A stretch of DNA of 63,668 bases, the filler included, from an uncultured Methanosarcinales archaeon (GTDB taxonomy: Archaea > Nanobdellota > Nanobdellia > Woesearchaeales > CAZKBD01): the NCBI GenBank assembly GCA_964550945.1. It is 3 parts of 3 records of this genome, joined end to end, with 100 filler letters (N's around TTAATTAATTAA, not from the genome) between each part and the next. Parts side by side here need not be neighbours in the genome. Positions count along the whole stretch, not along the records: positions 1 to 22,326 come from CAZKBD010000022.1; 2 more parts are not named here. One strand, 5' to 3'. Of this stretch, positions 1-10,160 are shown piece after piece. The notes below the pieces were generated by a model that did not search any database, was not told the origin of the DNA, and was given only the letters and a program-made list of their open reading frames with translations. Made by a program: the position numbers and the translations under genes. Each line of letters opens with the position of its first letter. Positions within the stretch are counted from its first letter, which is position 1.

Positions 1-86
1 CAGAGAAGAAATAGAAGAGATTATGCAATCGGCTACAGCAAACTCCGCCTAGCCTAATGGAGGATTAATTAACAATACTTTCATTT

Positions 87-806
87 TTATTTTATTTTTA
101 ATAATTTAAAACGCAAAACTATTAATTGAAAAAACATCTTTAGGGGGTCTATTAATTTTATTTTAGATTTATCTTTATGTATCCACTCAATAGGCAATTC
201 ATATAACCTCATTTTATTTTTCCTTATTTTGTAAAATAATTCTACATCAAATATCCAGCGTCTGCTTATTAAATCATTAAATAATTTAAATGCTATTTCT
301 CTTTTGAATCCTTTAAACCCACAAAGATGGTCCTTGATATTATTTTTAAATAATAGGTTGGCATATGCATTAAAAACAACACCAGTAATTAATCTTGAAG
401 TTGAAGTTTTTATTTTAGAATCTTTGTGTGCTCTAGAACCAACTACGGCATCATATTTATCTAATAAATCAATCATCTTTAAAATTTCTTTAGGAGGGAT
501 AGACCCATCCGAATCAATAAATATTATTTTTTTACCTTTTGAATTAAAAATACCTGTTTTTACTGCATATCCTTTTCCTTTATTTTTTGAATAAGATATA
601 ATCTTAACATTATTACCCTTATTTTTAAATTGTTCAAAAATGTTTAAAGTATTGTCAGTTGAACCATCATTAACCAATAAAATTTCGTAATTTTTAAAAT
701 TCTTAGAAAAAGAATGTAAATCATTGAGAAATGGTTCAATCCTATTTTCTTCATTATACGCTGGAACTATAATTGAAAATTCCAATAATGGGTTATTTGT
801 TTTCAT
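87..806 (-). CDS. GT2 glycosyltransferase (dolichyl-phosphate hexose synthase-like)
   Basis: SIIVPAYNEE, VNDGSTD, NKGKGYAV, FIDSD, CGFKGF and FDVE motifs. Confidence 0.9.
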   Translation of the reverse strand: MKTNNPLLEFSIIVPAYNEENRIEPFLNDLHSFSKNFKNYEILLVNDGSTDNTLNIFEQFKNKGNNVKIISYSKNKGKGYAVKTGIFNSKGKKIIFIDSDGSIPPKEILKMIDLLDKYDAVVGSRAHKDSKIKTSTSRLITGVVFNAYANLLFKNNIKDHLCGFKGFKREIAFKLFNDLISRRWIFDVELFYKIRKNKMRLYELPIEWIHKDKSKIKLIDPLKMFFQLIVLRFKLLKIK

Positions 807-879
807 TTTGTTTTAATTTGTATCTTTATTGTTTAAAATTTAAATAAATGAAAGTTTAATTGTTTATAAATATTACTAT
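802..879 (-). repeat. 78-bp promoter/leader duplication, copy 1 (copy 2 at 5381-5458)
   Basis: Ungapped alignment 69/78 identical by hand count; spans TTTATAAA box to start codon. Confidence 0.85.
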
Positions 880-981
880 CATCATTTAAAATTTTCTTTT
901 TTGAAGAAAAATTTCTAATAAAACAATTAGTTGGTATATCATTAAAGGGCAAATTAATAAGCTAAAAGTTTCTTCAATGCG

Positions 982-2400
982 TCACTTAAATATTATTTCT
1001 TTTAAGAACACTCTTCCCATCCTCAGAAAAGATTTTATTTCTTTGAATGTTCTAATCTGGATCAATTGCGAAAAGATATATTTCGGAGAGGAGTAATATT
1101 CTTTAATGATCTTATGTTGTAGTTTAAACATCTGATCAGAATCCATATGAGCTATCCGTTTATATCGATTTAGGCCCCCATAGAGGCTGAATTGTGTCCA
1201 ATCAGGATTTTTATCGAGATAACCTCTATCAACCATCATATCATATATCTCTGTTCCAGGATAAGGGCACATAATAGACAAAGCAAGAATATCAGGCATT
1301 AATTTGTGGATTAGTTTAATTGTTGCACCTACATCATCCACAGTTTCGTCTATATGCGAACCTATCATAAAACAGCATTCAACGTACCTTATCCCTGCTT
1401 TTTTTGCATCCTTTACAGCATTTATCACCTGCTTGACAGTTATGTTTTTCTTTATCTTCTTTAATATTTCATCGCTGCCGCTTTCAACACCAAATGATAA
1501 TCTGGTACATCCAGATTTTACCATCAGTCTTAATAATTCATAATTCACAGCATCCACTCTCACATTGCAGTCCCAAGTTAATTTTTTTTCGCTAAAAAAT
1601 CCACATAACTTTCTAACCAACTCTTTATTGATTGTAAAGGTGTCATCCATAAATGCTATATGTTCTACATCATATTTCTCGATGCATTCTTCGATTTCTT
1701 CAACTATGTTAACATAGCTTCTATACCTTACTGAATTGCCAAAAACAACCTTACTAGCACAAAAAATACACTGATTTGGGCAACCTCTACTTGCTATCAT
1801 TTCAATAATTTTCATTTCCTTTCTAGAAAACCCCCTTACTACATGACGTTTCGCATATAACTTTATAGGTAATAAATCCCTTGCAGGAAAAGGTATAGTA
1901 TCCAGGTCTTTGATTAAATCTTGAGGCTGGTTTTGGATTATTTTTCCATTTTTTCTAAAAACTAAGCCCTTTATCTCACTTAATCTTTTTTTCTTAGTAA
2001 CATGCTCAACTAAATTTACTATTGTTTTTTCACCTTCACCGAAAACCAGATAATCCAAATCTTTAATTTTTTGCATAGTGTCTTTTGGCAATGCAGAGGC
2101 AAAAACACCCCCTAATACGATTATTGTATCTTTTTTTAAAATCCTTATTTCGTGGATAATCTCTTCTGCGCTGGGCATAGTCAGTGCCATTGCAGTCAGC
2201 CCAACTAAGGCTGGTTGATATTCCAAAATGAAACCAGACAATTTTTTTCGGTCAATAACATTAAAATCAATCATTTTCACTTCATGACCTGCCCCTCTTA
2301 ATGCTGACGCAAGGTATCCTAAATTAAAAGGGTATTGAAGAGAGCCAAATTCATTACTCACTCCTTCAGAAATGTTTGGTTGTATTAATAGAATTTTCAT
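982..2400 (-). CDS. B12-binding radical SAM protein (class B methyltransferase-like)
   Basis: N-terminal cobalamin-binding domain (LGYLAS, GEGE), SRGCPNQCIFC, FGVESG; ATG at 2400 preferred. Confidence 0.9.
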   Translation of the reverse strand: MKILLIQPNISEGVSNEFGSLQYPFNLGYLASALRGAGHEVKMIDFNVIDRKKLSGFILEYQPALVGLTAMALTMPSAEEIIHEIRILKKDTIIVLGGVFASALPKDTMQKIKDLDYLVFGEGEKTIVNLVEHVTKKKRLSEIKGLVFRKNGKIIQNQPQDLIKDLDTIPFPARDLLPIKLYAKRHVVRGFSRKEMKIIEMIASRGCPNQCIFCASKVVFGNSVRYRSYVNIVEEIEECIEKYDVEHIAFMDDTFTINKELVRKLCGFFSEKKLTWDCNVRVDAVNYELLRLMVKSGCTRLSFGVESGSDEILKKIKKNITVKQVINAVKDAKKAGIRYVECCFMIGSHIDETVDDVGATIKLIHKLMPDILALSIMCPYPGTEIYDMMVDRGYLDKNPDWTQFSLYGGLNRYKRIAHMDSDQMFKLQHKIIKEYYSSPKYIFSQLIQIRTFKEIKSFLRMGRVFLKEIIFK

Positions 2401-2407
2401 TATCCTG

Positions 2408-2671
2408 GGCAAGGATGCTCTTACAGACTTAGCCTGTAGGGGGAACTGCCTTCTCTCCTCCGCAAACTTTTTCTAACATTTATAACTATGGGTGAGTCCG
2501 CAACGAAATTCGGCGCACGCACTCAAATTTTCTACAATTTGTTTGGTGTAAACATAAAAATTCGTTGCGCGGAGGCAACGAAAATGGAATAAACCATCAT
2601 GGTATTGCTTGTCAGGCCGAACTTAGCGACCTTCGCTTGAGACCCGAACCTTTAGGCTCATGAGGAGGCCA
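2408..2671 (+). mobile_element. Putative non-autonomous IS200/IS605-like element (no transposase)
   Basis: Hairpin GGCAAGGATGCTCTTACAG..CTGTAGGGGGAACTGCC at left; CCCGAACCTTTAGGCTCATGAGGAGGCCA at right; both resemble IS605/IS1341 ends from memory. Confidence 0.5.
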
Positions 2672-2673
2672 TT

Positions 2674-3615
2674 CTACATCCTGATTACATTGATAATTGA
2701 TTTTAAATTTAAGTCCAATAAAAAATTGGATTCGTGGTAACAAGAATAGCCGCAACCACTACACATAAATTTAGGTTGATTATGAAATGCTTTTTTAAAT
2801 CCCTGCTCCAAACCATTGATGCCTGCTATTTTTCCAATTGCAGGGACACATGGATAAACCATGCCATCAACATCAACAACACACATTGTTTTTCCAGCTA
2901 AACAATTCTTAAATTCATTTTTCCCTTTTAATAAAAAATTGAGATAAGGATATGAATTTACAATATTTTTCTTATTTTTCTTCATCATCATTATTTTCTT
3001 AATAATTTCTTCAAATTCTTCTTTAGAAGGAATCAATGACTTATCCGAAGCATTTAACGGATGGGCAGTTTCTAAAGGTTGGAAAAGCAAACCCACACCC
3101 AATGAATCTGACAATTTCACCAATTCGCCTATTTGGGTTATTGAATTTTTTACAATAAGTGATACAATCCATACATTTATTCCATTATCAACAGCATATT
3201 TAATGTTCTTCGAAAATTCATCTTTTTTTATTTCCTTATTTGAGCTAATCAATAAATAATCTGCATATTTTAATGCTTCTATTTTATCTTTTACCAATAA
3301 TCCATTTGTGACTAGATTAGTTATTATGCCTTTCTTTTTAGTATGAATTAAAATTTCTTTAATATCATCTCTCATCAATGGTTCTCCACCAGTAAAACTT
3401 ATTTTTATAGCTCCTATGTCCTTAAGTTCATCAATCACAGAAAATATTTCTTGAGTAGTCATTTCTTTTTGTTTTCTGTAGGGGATAGTACAATAAGAGC
3501 ATCTTAGATTGCATTTATTAGTGACTAAAAAACTCACAAAAAAAGGAATTTTTTTGCGACATAATTTTGCATTTAATACTTTGATTCCATAATCTATTTT
3601 TTTTAATAATTTCAT
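2674..3615 (-). CDS. Radical SAM protein with SPASM/twitch-like C-terminus
   Basis: CNLRCSYC, TGGEP, C-terminal CLAG..YPC..CSGC..C. Confidence 0.88.
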   Translation of the reverse strand: MKLLKKIDYGIKVLNAKLCRKKIPFFVSFLVTNKCNLRCSYCTIPYRKQKEMTTQEIFSVIDELKDIGAIKISFTGGEPLMRDDIKEILIHTKKKGIITNLVTNGLLVKDKIEALKYADYLLISSNKEIKKDEFSKNIKYAVDNGINVWIVSLIVKNSITQIGELVKLSDSLGVGLLFQPLETAHPLNASDKSLIPSKEEFEEIIKKIMMMKKNKKNIVNSYPYLNFLLKGKNEFKNCLAGKTMCVVDVDGMVYPCVPAIGKIAGINGLEQGFKKAFHNQPKFMCSGCGYSCYHESNFLLDLNLKSIINVIRM

Positions 3616-3616
3616 T

Positions 3617-4706
3617 TTATTTGAGTCCCTCTAGAAGTTCAGGATGTTTCTTGAGTACCGGATGTTTGAATATTGAAATAGGCAATTTTTTCATTGAAAG
3701 AATTGGTTCAATTATATCTTCTTGAAAGGTATGATTGAAAAGATGTTTGCATTTATACTCATCTTCAGCAAGATAAGGAAAATTGTACATTCTTTTGTAT
3801 ATATCTTTAACATCCTCCTTGAGTACATTACCATATGAAACCTGGATGAAAGGACACTGCATGACTTCTCCATAAGAGGTTACATACCATTTCTCTATTC
3901 CACCAGGACAGCCAGAGCTACCTCTGAAATTGAACATTGTATCAACCCTGATATGAGATTTTTTTATGAGTTTCGTATATTTTTCATACACTTCAGTGAC
4001 TTTATCTCCTTTTCTATCGCACATGCCTCCTGCTGCTGCAAGTGGATTGATGAGCAAGAATATTTTGTGTTTACTGCAAAAATCACTTAATCTTTCAACT
4101 TTTTCAAAGTCATCTTTTCCAAGCATAGTATTTATACAAACATTTAATCCAATGTCTTTTGCGTCTTTTATCCCTTGGATTATGCGGTCATAACTGCCTG
4201 GCATTTTGACTTCGCTATCGTGCTCTTCTCTTACAGGACTTCTTAAATGAAACATCAATCCGTTCATCCCAGCTTTTTTGTATTTCTCAAGCCGTTCTCT
4301 ATTTATCCTAAATCCATTTGTAGCCATAGTCACCATCACAGACTTATTCCATGATATATAATTGATTATTTCACAAAGTTCTTTGTCAGGCACCATTGTT
4401 GGTTCGCCACCAGTTAGATCAACATGGATAAGCCCAAGGTCAATTATGCTTGGCCAGAATTTTTTTATTTCAGAAAGAGGCATATATTGAAAATCCCTGC
4501 CAAGATATTTTGCAGAGCAGTATGGGCAATTAAAATTGCAGGTATAAGTGATTGCAAGTTCCATCGTGCGAAGAACCTTTTGCTTCAACAAGCATCTCTT
4601 AAAAATACCNNNNNNNNNNAGTTCGTTTGATATACTTATAGTGCAACAATTTCTGATGAAAAGTGCTTTTTTGCCTGCGTTTGTCAATATCAAGATATTT
4701 TTTCAT
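3617..4706 (-). CDS. Radical SAM protein with SPASM/twitch-like C-terminus (spans 10-N gap)
   Basis: CNFNCPYC, TGGEP, GCPGG..QCPF; likely ATG at 4706 (MKKYLDID), frame offset only across the N gap. Confidence 0.85.
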
Positions 4707-4707
4707 T

Positions 4708-5385
4708 TCAACACCTTTTTGCCATAATCAATTGATATGGCCTGATAGGGCGCAAAGAATTGAATCCTTCAAGCATTGTATCAATCTTTGCACCTATTGA
4801 ACTGTTCATAAGGAAAGGGGGTAAAAAACCAAATTGTGTTAGCTGGACATCCTCGAAACCGGTTTCAGTAAATGTTTTTAAAAGTTTCTTTTTTTCCATA
4901 TTAAGTATTCCTTTTTCTTCTTTCCAGCTCATATCTTTGTAAAATAATAATTGAGCATAATACATCGGGTTGTAAGGATTTGGTTCAATGAATGCAACAA
5001 TTCCGTTTCTTTTAAGTACACTCATTATATTAATCAGTGAATGTTCTAAATCTTTAAAATGATGTAAAATATAAAAACCGATTACTGCATCAAATTTCTC
5101 TTTATATTTTTTATATACCACATTGAAATCTCCTTTAACTAATTTGACGTTTTTGTTTGCTATAATTTTGAACTCTCTCAACATACTCTCTGAATTGTCA
5201 AGACAAGTTAATCTATAGCCTCTTTTGATTAACTGCATGCTAAATCTTCCCTTACCGCAGCCTATTTCAAGTATACTTTGTTTTTTTTTTAATTTTGCGG
5301 ATGAGATGAGTTTTCCAATGAGCATATTTGTATAATTACTGTCTACAACATCCATATATAAATGTCGTTTGTCATAGTATTTCAT
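4708..5385 (-). CDS. Class I SAM-dependent methyltransferase
   Basis: ILEIGCGKG motif I; LHHF. Confidence 0.88.
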   Translation of the reverse strand: MKYYDKRHLYMDVVDSNYTNMLIGKLISSAKLKKKQSILEIGCGKGRFSMQLIKRGYRLTCLDNSESMLREFKIIANKNVKLVKGDFNVVYKKYKEKFDAVIGFYILHHFKDLEHSLINIMSVLKRNGIVAFIEPNPYNPMYYAQLLFYKDMSWKEEKGILNMEKKKLLKTFTETGFEDVQLTQFGFLPPFLMNSSIGAKIDTMLEGFNSLRPIRPYQLIMAKRC

Positions 5386-5458
5386 TTTGATTTAATCTTT
5401 ATGTTTATCTTTTAAAATTTAAATAAATGAAATTTGAATCGTTTATAAATATTACTAT
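5381..5458 (-). repeat. 78-bp promoter/leader duplication, copy 2
   Basis: 69/78 identical to 802-879. Confidence 0.85.
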
Positions 5459-5473
5459 AATTATGCACAGCCA

Positions 5474-6949
5474 TTATCTTAATTCACCAACACCCGGATT
5501 TTGGACAGAACCAACCTCAACAAGGCCATCCTTATACTCAAAAATAAATTGGTTATCATCAAGCTGGATAGAACTAACTTCTTCGTTGGTGATCGAATAG
5601 GCCATTAATGTGCCATCATCATAAAATAACTGGACAAGCTCAGTAAGGTGGCTCTTTCCTACCCCGGCAACAAGTAAATTGGGTGTATTGACGAAGTAAA
5701 GCCTGCTATTAGTCTCCAAGTCTGGATGAAGTTCTTTAAGATCAGTAATTATTTTTTTTGATTGTTCACCTTGATTATCAAATATTCTTTCATTAACATT
5801 TGATAACATGATAAAAAACACGCAAATAATAGCAATAATTGAATAGAGTATCCTGGTGCCCATCTTGGCTTTTAGTATTTTTGGTATGTAGAATAAGAGC
5901 GAGGTAATCAGGATTACATAACCAAGAGAAGCCAGATAACTGTATCTAGATGTGGTGCCATAGGTAAACAAAGATGAGGGAATCAAGGTTACAATAACCC
6001 ACAATACCAAAAATCTTTTTTGATTTGAACCGTTAATCAGCAGAGCAACAAGCAAAGCAGGAGCTAAAAACATGATTAGATAGACTAATCCCTTAAGAAG
6101 CGGCAAAATAAAAGCAAAGCCTCCAAAATATACAAGGAACACAGCATCTGATTTAGTAATAAAATTAATTTGGGGTAAACCCAATATCATACTTGTTAAA
6201 TAAGTAAGAATATTTTTTGCTATATGCGGACCAAATTTATAGTAAGATTGGGATATTTGAATGTTAGATTGCTGGTATACAAACTCAAAACCAACAAAAA
6301 TGATTGTGATTATGATAAAAGGGACATATTTCCTCAATTGTTTAAATGAAAATGGCATTTTTCTTTCTACAATCAGCCATTCATACAAGTAGATTACAAC
6401 AATAAAAGTGGATGATGCTTCTTTGGATAAAAAGGAGAATATACAGCTAATAAACGAGATCCAATAATAAACTATTCTTCTTGTTTTAAGATATTGCATA
6501 AAACAGTAGAATGCTAAAAAATAGAAAAAAGCCTCAAATAATGTATGATTTCCAGACATCCAGATTACTGCATCACTTGGTGCGCTATAAGCCGCAAAAA
6601 AAAGTCCAGCGACAAAAGCCATAATCCTTTTTTTTGTTAAGTTCAAAGCTATATAATAAACCAAGATAGAGCATGCTACGTGAAAAATAAGGGATAAAAT
6701 CCTATAGCCAAGAGGATTTAGTTGGGAAATGCTATAAACAAAAAGCACAATCATGTAGGATACTGGCCTAAAATGGGTATTTGACACATCACCCGAAAAA
6801 AACAGTTTCGATGGCTCTTTAGATATTGTTTTGGCAAGATCTAACTGCCAAAGGTCATCAGAAATAAAGAAGTTATCAAGTATGGGAATGTATAGGAGGA
6901 TTGCGACAACCGTAATTATCAATATTGGATATAAATTTTCTTTTTTCAT
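5474..6949 (-). CDS. Polytopic membrane GT-C-fold glycosyltransferase (PMT/ArnT/TMTC-like)
   Basis: SDD after TM1, FRP, SKE and RYSY motifs; many TM helices. Confidence 0.75.
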   Translation of the reverse strand: MKKENLYPILIITVVAILLYIPILDNFFISDDLWQLDLAKTISKEPSKLFFSGDVSNTHFRPVSYMIVLFVYSISQLNPLGYRILSLIFHVACSILVYYIALNLTKKRIMAFVAGLFFAAYSAPSDAVIWMSGNHTLFEAFFYFLAFYCFMQYLKTRRIVYYWISFISCIFSFLSKEASSTFIVVIYLYEWLIVERKMPFSFKQLRKYVPFIIITIIFVGFEFVYQQSNIQISQSYYKFGPHIAKNILTYLTSMILGLPQINFITKSDAVFLVYFGGFAFILPLLKGLVYLIMFLAPALLVALLINGSNQKRFLVLWVIVTLIPSSLFTYGTTSRYSYLASLGYVILITSLLFYIPKILKAKMGTRILYSIIAIICVFFIMLSNVNERIFDNQGEQSKKIITDLKELHPDLETNSRLYFVNTPNLLVAGVGKSHLTELVQLFYDDGTLMAYSITNEEVSSIQLDDNQFIFEYKDGLVEVGSVQNPGVGELR

Positions 6950-8472
6950 AATATATTCAAGACCCTCTTGGTAAATAAATATATCCTCCTATCAAATGCT
7001 AGACTAAAAAAATTCATATTCCATCTCATCCTAGCCAACATTACGAAAAATAACAAACCACTAGCAATTATGAAATTCTTCTTTGCCATCTCCTTATATT
7101 GATTTTTTGTCATAATATACGCAAGATTAGCGTAATAATGGATATCAAGGATATACTTCTCATCATTTTTATTCCAAGAAACTGATACATTTTCAGAATC
7201 CATTGATTTCAGATAATCTTCTTTGCACCATTCTCTTAAGCTTTTTGGCTCAATAAAATTTCGCTCCTGGGTTATCCTGCTGTAAAGCTCCCCCCCAGGG
7301 TAAGGCATGAAAACTGCCATGCCTGATTCCATTTTAGGGCATATCTTTCTTAATTGTTTCATAAGCTTAACAGTATTGATTATTTCTTCTCTCTGCTCCC
7401 CAGGTATCCCTATCATAAATGAAAACAATGGTATGATATTATGATTATTGCATATCCTAGCGCATTCTAAAACATCATTTATAGTTATATCCTTCTTTAT
7501 TAATTCCAAAGTAATTGATGATCCTGATTCAACACCGAAAATAAGCCTATGGCAGCCGCTTTTTTTTACCAAAGCGACGGTTTCATCATCAAGTATCCCT
7601 TTTGTAAAATAATCAACTCTGCAATCTCCATCCCAGGTTATATTAAGCCTATTGTTGATTATGCCATGCGCAATCTCCCTAATCCTTTTTGCATTAACAA
7701 AACAGTTTGGATCAATAAAGGTTATATGCTCAACTTTATATTTTTCAACAAGGTGTTTTATCTCGCCAATCACTTTCTCAGCGCTCTTGGCCCTCCATTT
7801 CCTGCCAACAAGAGCATTAATGCAAAAAGCGCACCTATGCGGGCATCCCCTGCTTGTTTCGATAGCTAACTTTCTAACCTGCCTAAATTCGTATTGGGTT
7901 TGTGATTGGATGTAATAGTCAAGCTGCAGGAGATCGTAGTTATAGGGTGGAAGATTTTCTATGTCCATATATTCTCTGAGGCGGTTTATGATCACTTTGC
8001 TATTCTTTTTATAAACCAGATTTCCAATATGCTCAAAATCCGTTTTTCCTTGCAGCGCCCCTAACAACTCCAACAGGGCCTCTTCCCCCTCTCTGACTAT
8101 AACAAAATCAACCAAAGGATCGCTACAGGTTTGCTCCGCAAACAATGTAGCGTGAGAGTCACCAAAGACTATAGGAACTTTATTCTCAGATTTTATTGCT
8201 TCGCATATTTTTAATGCATCCTTAATCTGCAAAGTCATTGCAGAAATGCAAACTAAAATAGAATCTCTTGTTTCTTCAAGAACTAAGTTTATATCATTAC
8301 AATCAAGCCTCATATCAATAATCTTCGGCTCATACCCTTTCTTTTCTATATAAGAAGCTAACGCTAATGGCCCTAATGGCGGTAGGGGTGTTGCTCTTAC
8401 ATTTCCCTCTATTTTGTATTTAACGCTCCTATAAAAGTTAGGGTAAATAAAAACGACTTTTTTATTGTTCAT
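6946..8472 (-). CDS. B12-binding radical SAM protein
   Basis: PPLGPLALASY, EGEE, TSRGCPHRCAFC, FGVESG. Confidence 0.9.
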   Translation of the reverse strand: MNNKKVVFIYPNFYRSVKYKIEGNVRATPLPPLGPLALASYIEKKGYEPKIIDMRLDCNDINLVLEETRDSILVCISAMTLQIKDALKICEAIKSENKVPIVFGDSHATLFAEQTCSDPLVDFVIVREGEEALLELLGALQGKTDFEHIGNLVYKKNSKVIINRLREYMDIENLPPYNYDLLQLDYYIQSQTQYEFRQVRKLAIETSRGCPHRCAFCINALVGRKWRAKSAEKVIGEIKHLVEKYKVEHITFIDPNCFVNAKRIREIAHGIINNRLNITWDGDCRVDYFTKGILDDETVALVKKSGCHRLIFGVESGSSITLELIKKDITINDVLECARICNNHNIIPLFSFMIGIPGEQREEIINTVKLMKQLRKICPKMESGMAVFMPYPGGELYSRITQERNFIEPKSLREWCKEDYLKSMDSENVSVSWNKNDEKYILDIHYYANLAYIMTKNQYKEMAKKNFIIASGLLFFVMLARMRWNMNFFSLAFDRRIYLFTKRVLNIL

Positions 8473-9272
8473 GTTAATAACTCTCTTGCCAATACAAACT
8501 TGTTCTCCTTTTTTGAAGATAGATAGCCAAGGATGTTTTTTAATAGTGTGATCCTATTGCTGCTTCCAATAAACCAGGGATGGAAGTTTAGATTAAAATA
8601 TTCTCTGGATTGGTTGTATTGTTTTTTAAGATTTTCAAAAGCGCTTTTTAGCCATGCTTCAGACGAATTTTGATGAGCAGGTAAAATATTCAATAGGTCT
8701 GTTTCTAACGAAGACAACAGAGGGATTTCTAAAAGCCCATTTACATGATAGGGCCTTTTTTTTGCAAAAAGAAGGTTATTTATTTTTGTAATCTTTCTTG
8801 CAACAAAATGGGTGTTAAAAATAGAGCCAGGAGCATCTGGCCTACCAAACATTTCAGGGAATAAATTATAATGATTACTGACCCACCTGTACTTTCTAGA
8901 CCTCACCACATCATAAACGATAGAGTTGTGTAACAAACCAGGCGATCTTACTCCAATAGGCTTTTCTTTTGTTAGTTTAAAGATAATGCCTTCTGTTTTC
9001 CCAAGGATCCCATGAAGCTCGTCTTGTGACAATTGGCTAAAATTTTCATGCCTATATCCATGCGAGGCAATCTCATGGCCCCCATTATAAAGCAGGGTTA
9101 TCAGTTCAGGAAACTCCTCTGCAACAGCACCGCATGTATTAAAAACTGCCTGGACATTATACTTATCAAGCACGATAGTGACACCCTTGATTATTTTCTT
9201 TATATCAAACCTTCCTCTTTGAGGGGATTCCCACCAAGCTTCAAAATCAAAAAAAACGGTTGTTTGTTTCAT
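8469..9272 (-). CDS. Polysaccharide deacetylase (CE4-like)
   Basis: FDFE, HEIASHGYRH, RSP and FHPW motifs. Confidence 0.85.
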   Translation of the reverse strand: MKQTTVFFDFEAWWESPQRGRFDIKKIIKGVTIVLDKYNVQAVFNTCGAVAEEFPELITLLYNGGHEIASHGYRHENFSQLSQDELHGILGKTEGIIFKLTKEKPIGVRSPGLLHNSIVYDVVRSRKYRWVSNHYNLFPEMFGRPDAPGSIFNTHFVARKITKINNLLFAKKRPYHVNGLLEIPLLSSLETDLLNILPAHQNSSEAWLKSAFENLKKQYNQSREYFNLNFHPWFIGSSNRITLLKNILGYLSSKKENKFVLARELLT

Positions 9273-10069
9273 TTTGTAATATCCCTTGGCAAAATGAATT
9301 TACCTTCTTCTCCTTTTATATAACTCAGGATATTTTCAAGAATACCTAATCTGTTTCCTGTCCCTATTGCCCAACAACAAAAATTAAGATTAAAATAATT
9401 TTTATGCCCATTATATTGTGTCTTAAGAGAGCTTATAACATAATCAATCCAAATTTTTGGCGTATTTTGGGTAACGCATACCATGTCTAAAAACTCCCGT
9501 TCATAAGATGAGAGGAGAGGAATCTCTAAAATACCATTGACAACATATGGATTTTTTTTCCAAACGACCGCGTATTTTAAAGACATAAACAACCTGCCAA
9601 AATTAGTGATGCTAAAAAAGTTGGTTTTTGCGCCAGGTTTTTCAAGAGATTCTCTTAATAATAGATGGCTGTTGCTGGCCCATTTATACCCCCTATTCTT
9701 AAAAATAGAATAGATTTCTTTGTTGTTTATCAACCAAGGAGATCGTATCCCTATTGGTTTTTCCTTTATTATTTTAAAAATAGCATCCTCTGTTTTTTCC
9801 AAAACGCTATTTAGCCCAGCAGAAGACAATTGAGAGAAATTCTCATGTTTATACCCTTTAGATGCTATCTCATGGCCTTCATCGTAGATTTTTTTTATAA
9901 GATGAGGATATTCTTCTGCTACAATTCCCAGAACATTAAACACTGCTTTAATCCTAAATTTTCTCAGAAGAGCTAATATGCCCTTTGTATTTTTTTCTAT
10001 ATCAAATATCTTATTATACTTTTTATCCCACCAGCCATCAAGATCCAAAAAGACTATTACTTTTTTCAT
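9269..10069 (-). CDS. Polysaccharide deacetylase paralog with degenerate active site
   Basis: Paralog of 8469-9272 but HEIASKGYKH and FCCW. Confidence 0.8.
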   Translation of the reverse strand: MKKVIVFLDLDGWWDKKYNKIFDIEKNTKGILALLRKFRIKAVFNVLGIVAEEYPHLIKKIYDEGHEIASKGYKHENFSQLSSAGLNSVLEKTEDAIFKIIKEKPIGIRSPWLINNKEIYSIFKNRGYKWASNSHLLLRESLEKPGAKTNFFSITNFGRLFMSLKYAVVWKKNPYVVNGILEIPLLSSYEREFLDMVCVTQNTPKIWIDYVISSLKTQYNGHKNYFNLNFCCWAIGTGNRLGILENILSYIKGEEGKFILPRDITK

Positions 10070-10160
10070 AAACTACCCTCAATAACCCATGGCCTTTTTT
10101 AAATCTTATGAATAAAGGATACTAAATATTTAAAAACTACAGTCATTTACACTAAAAACA

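Noticed and set aside
2..52. 3' end of a plus-strand ORF (REEIEEIMQSATANSA*)
   Set aside because: Too short to assign
4610..4619. Apparent frameshift in the rSAM gene 3617-4706 (similar gap at 40195-40204)
   Set aside because: Coincides with a 10-N placeholder gap of unknown true length
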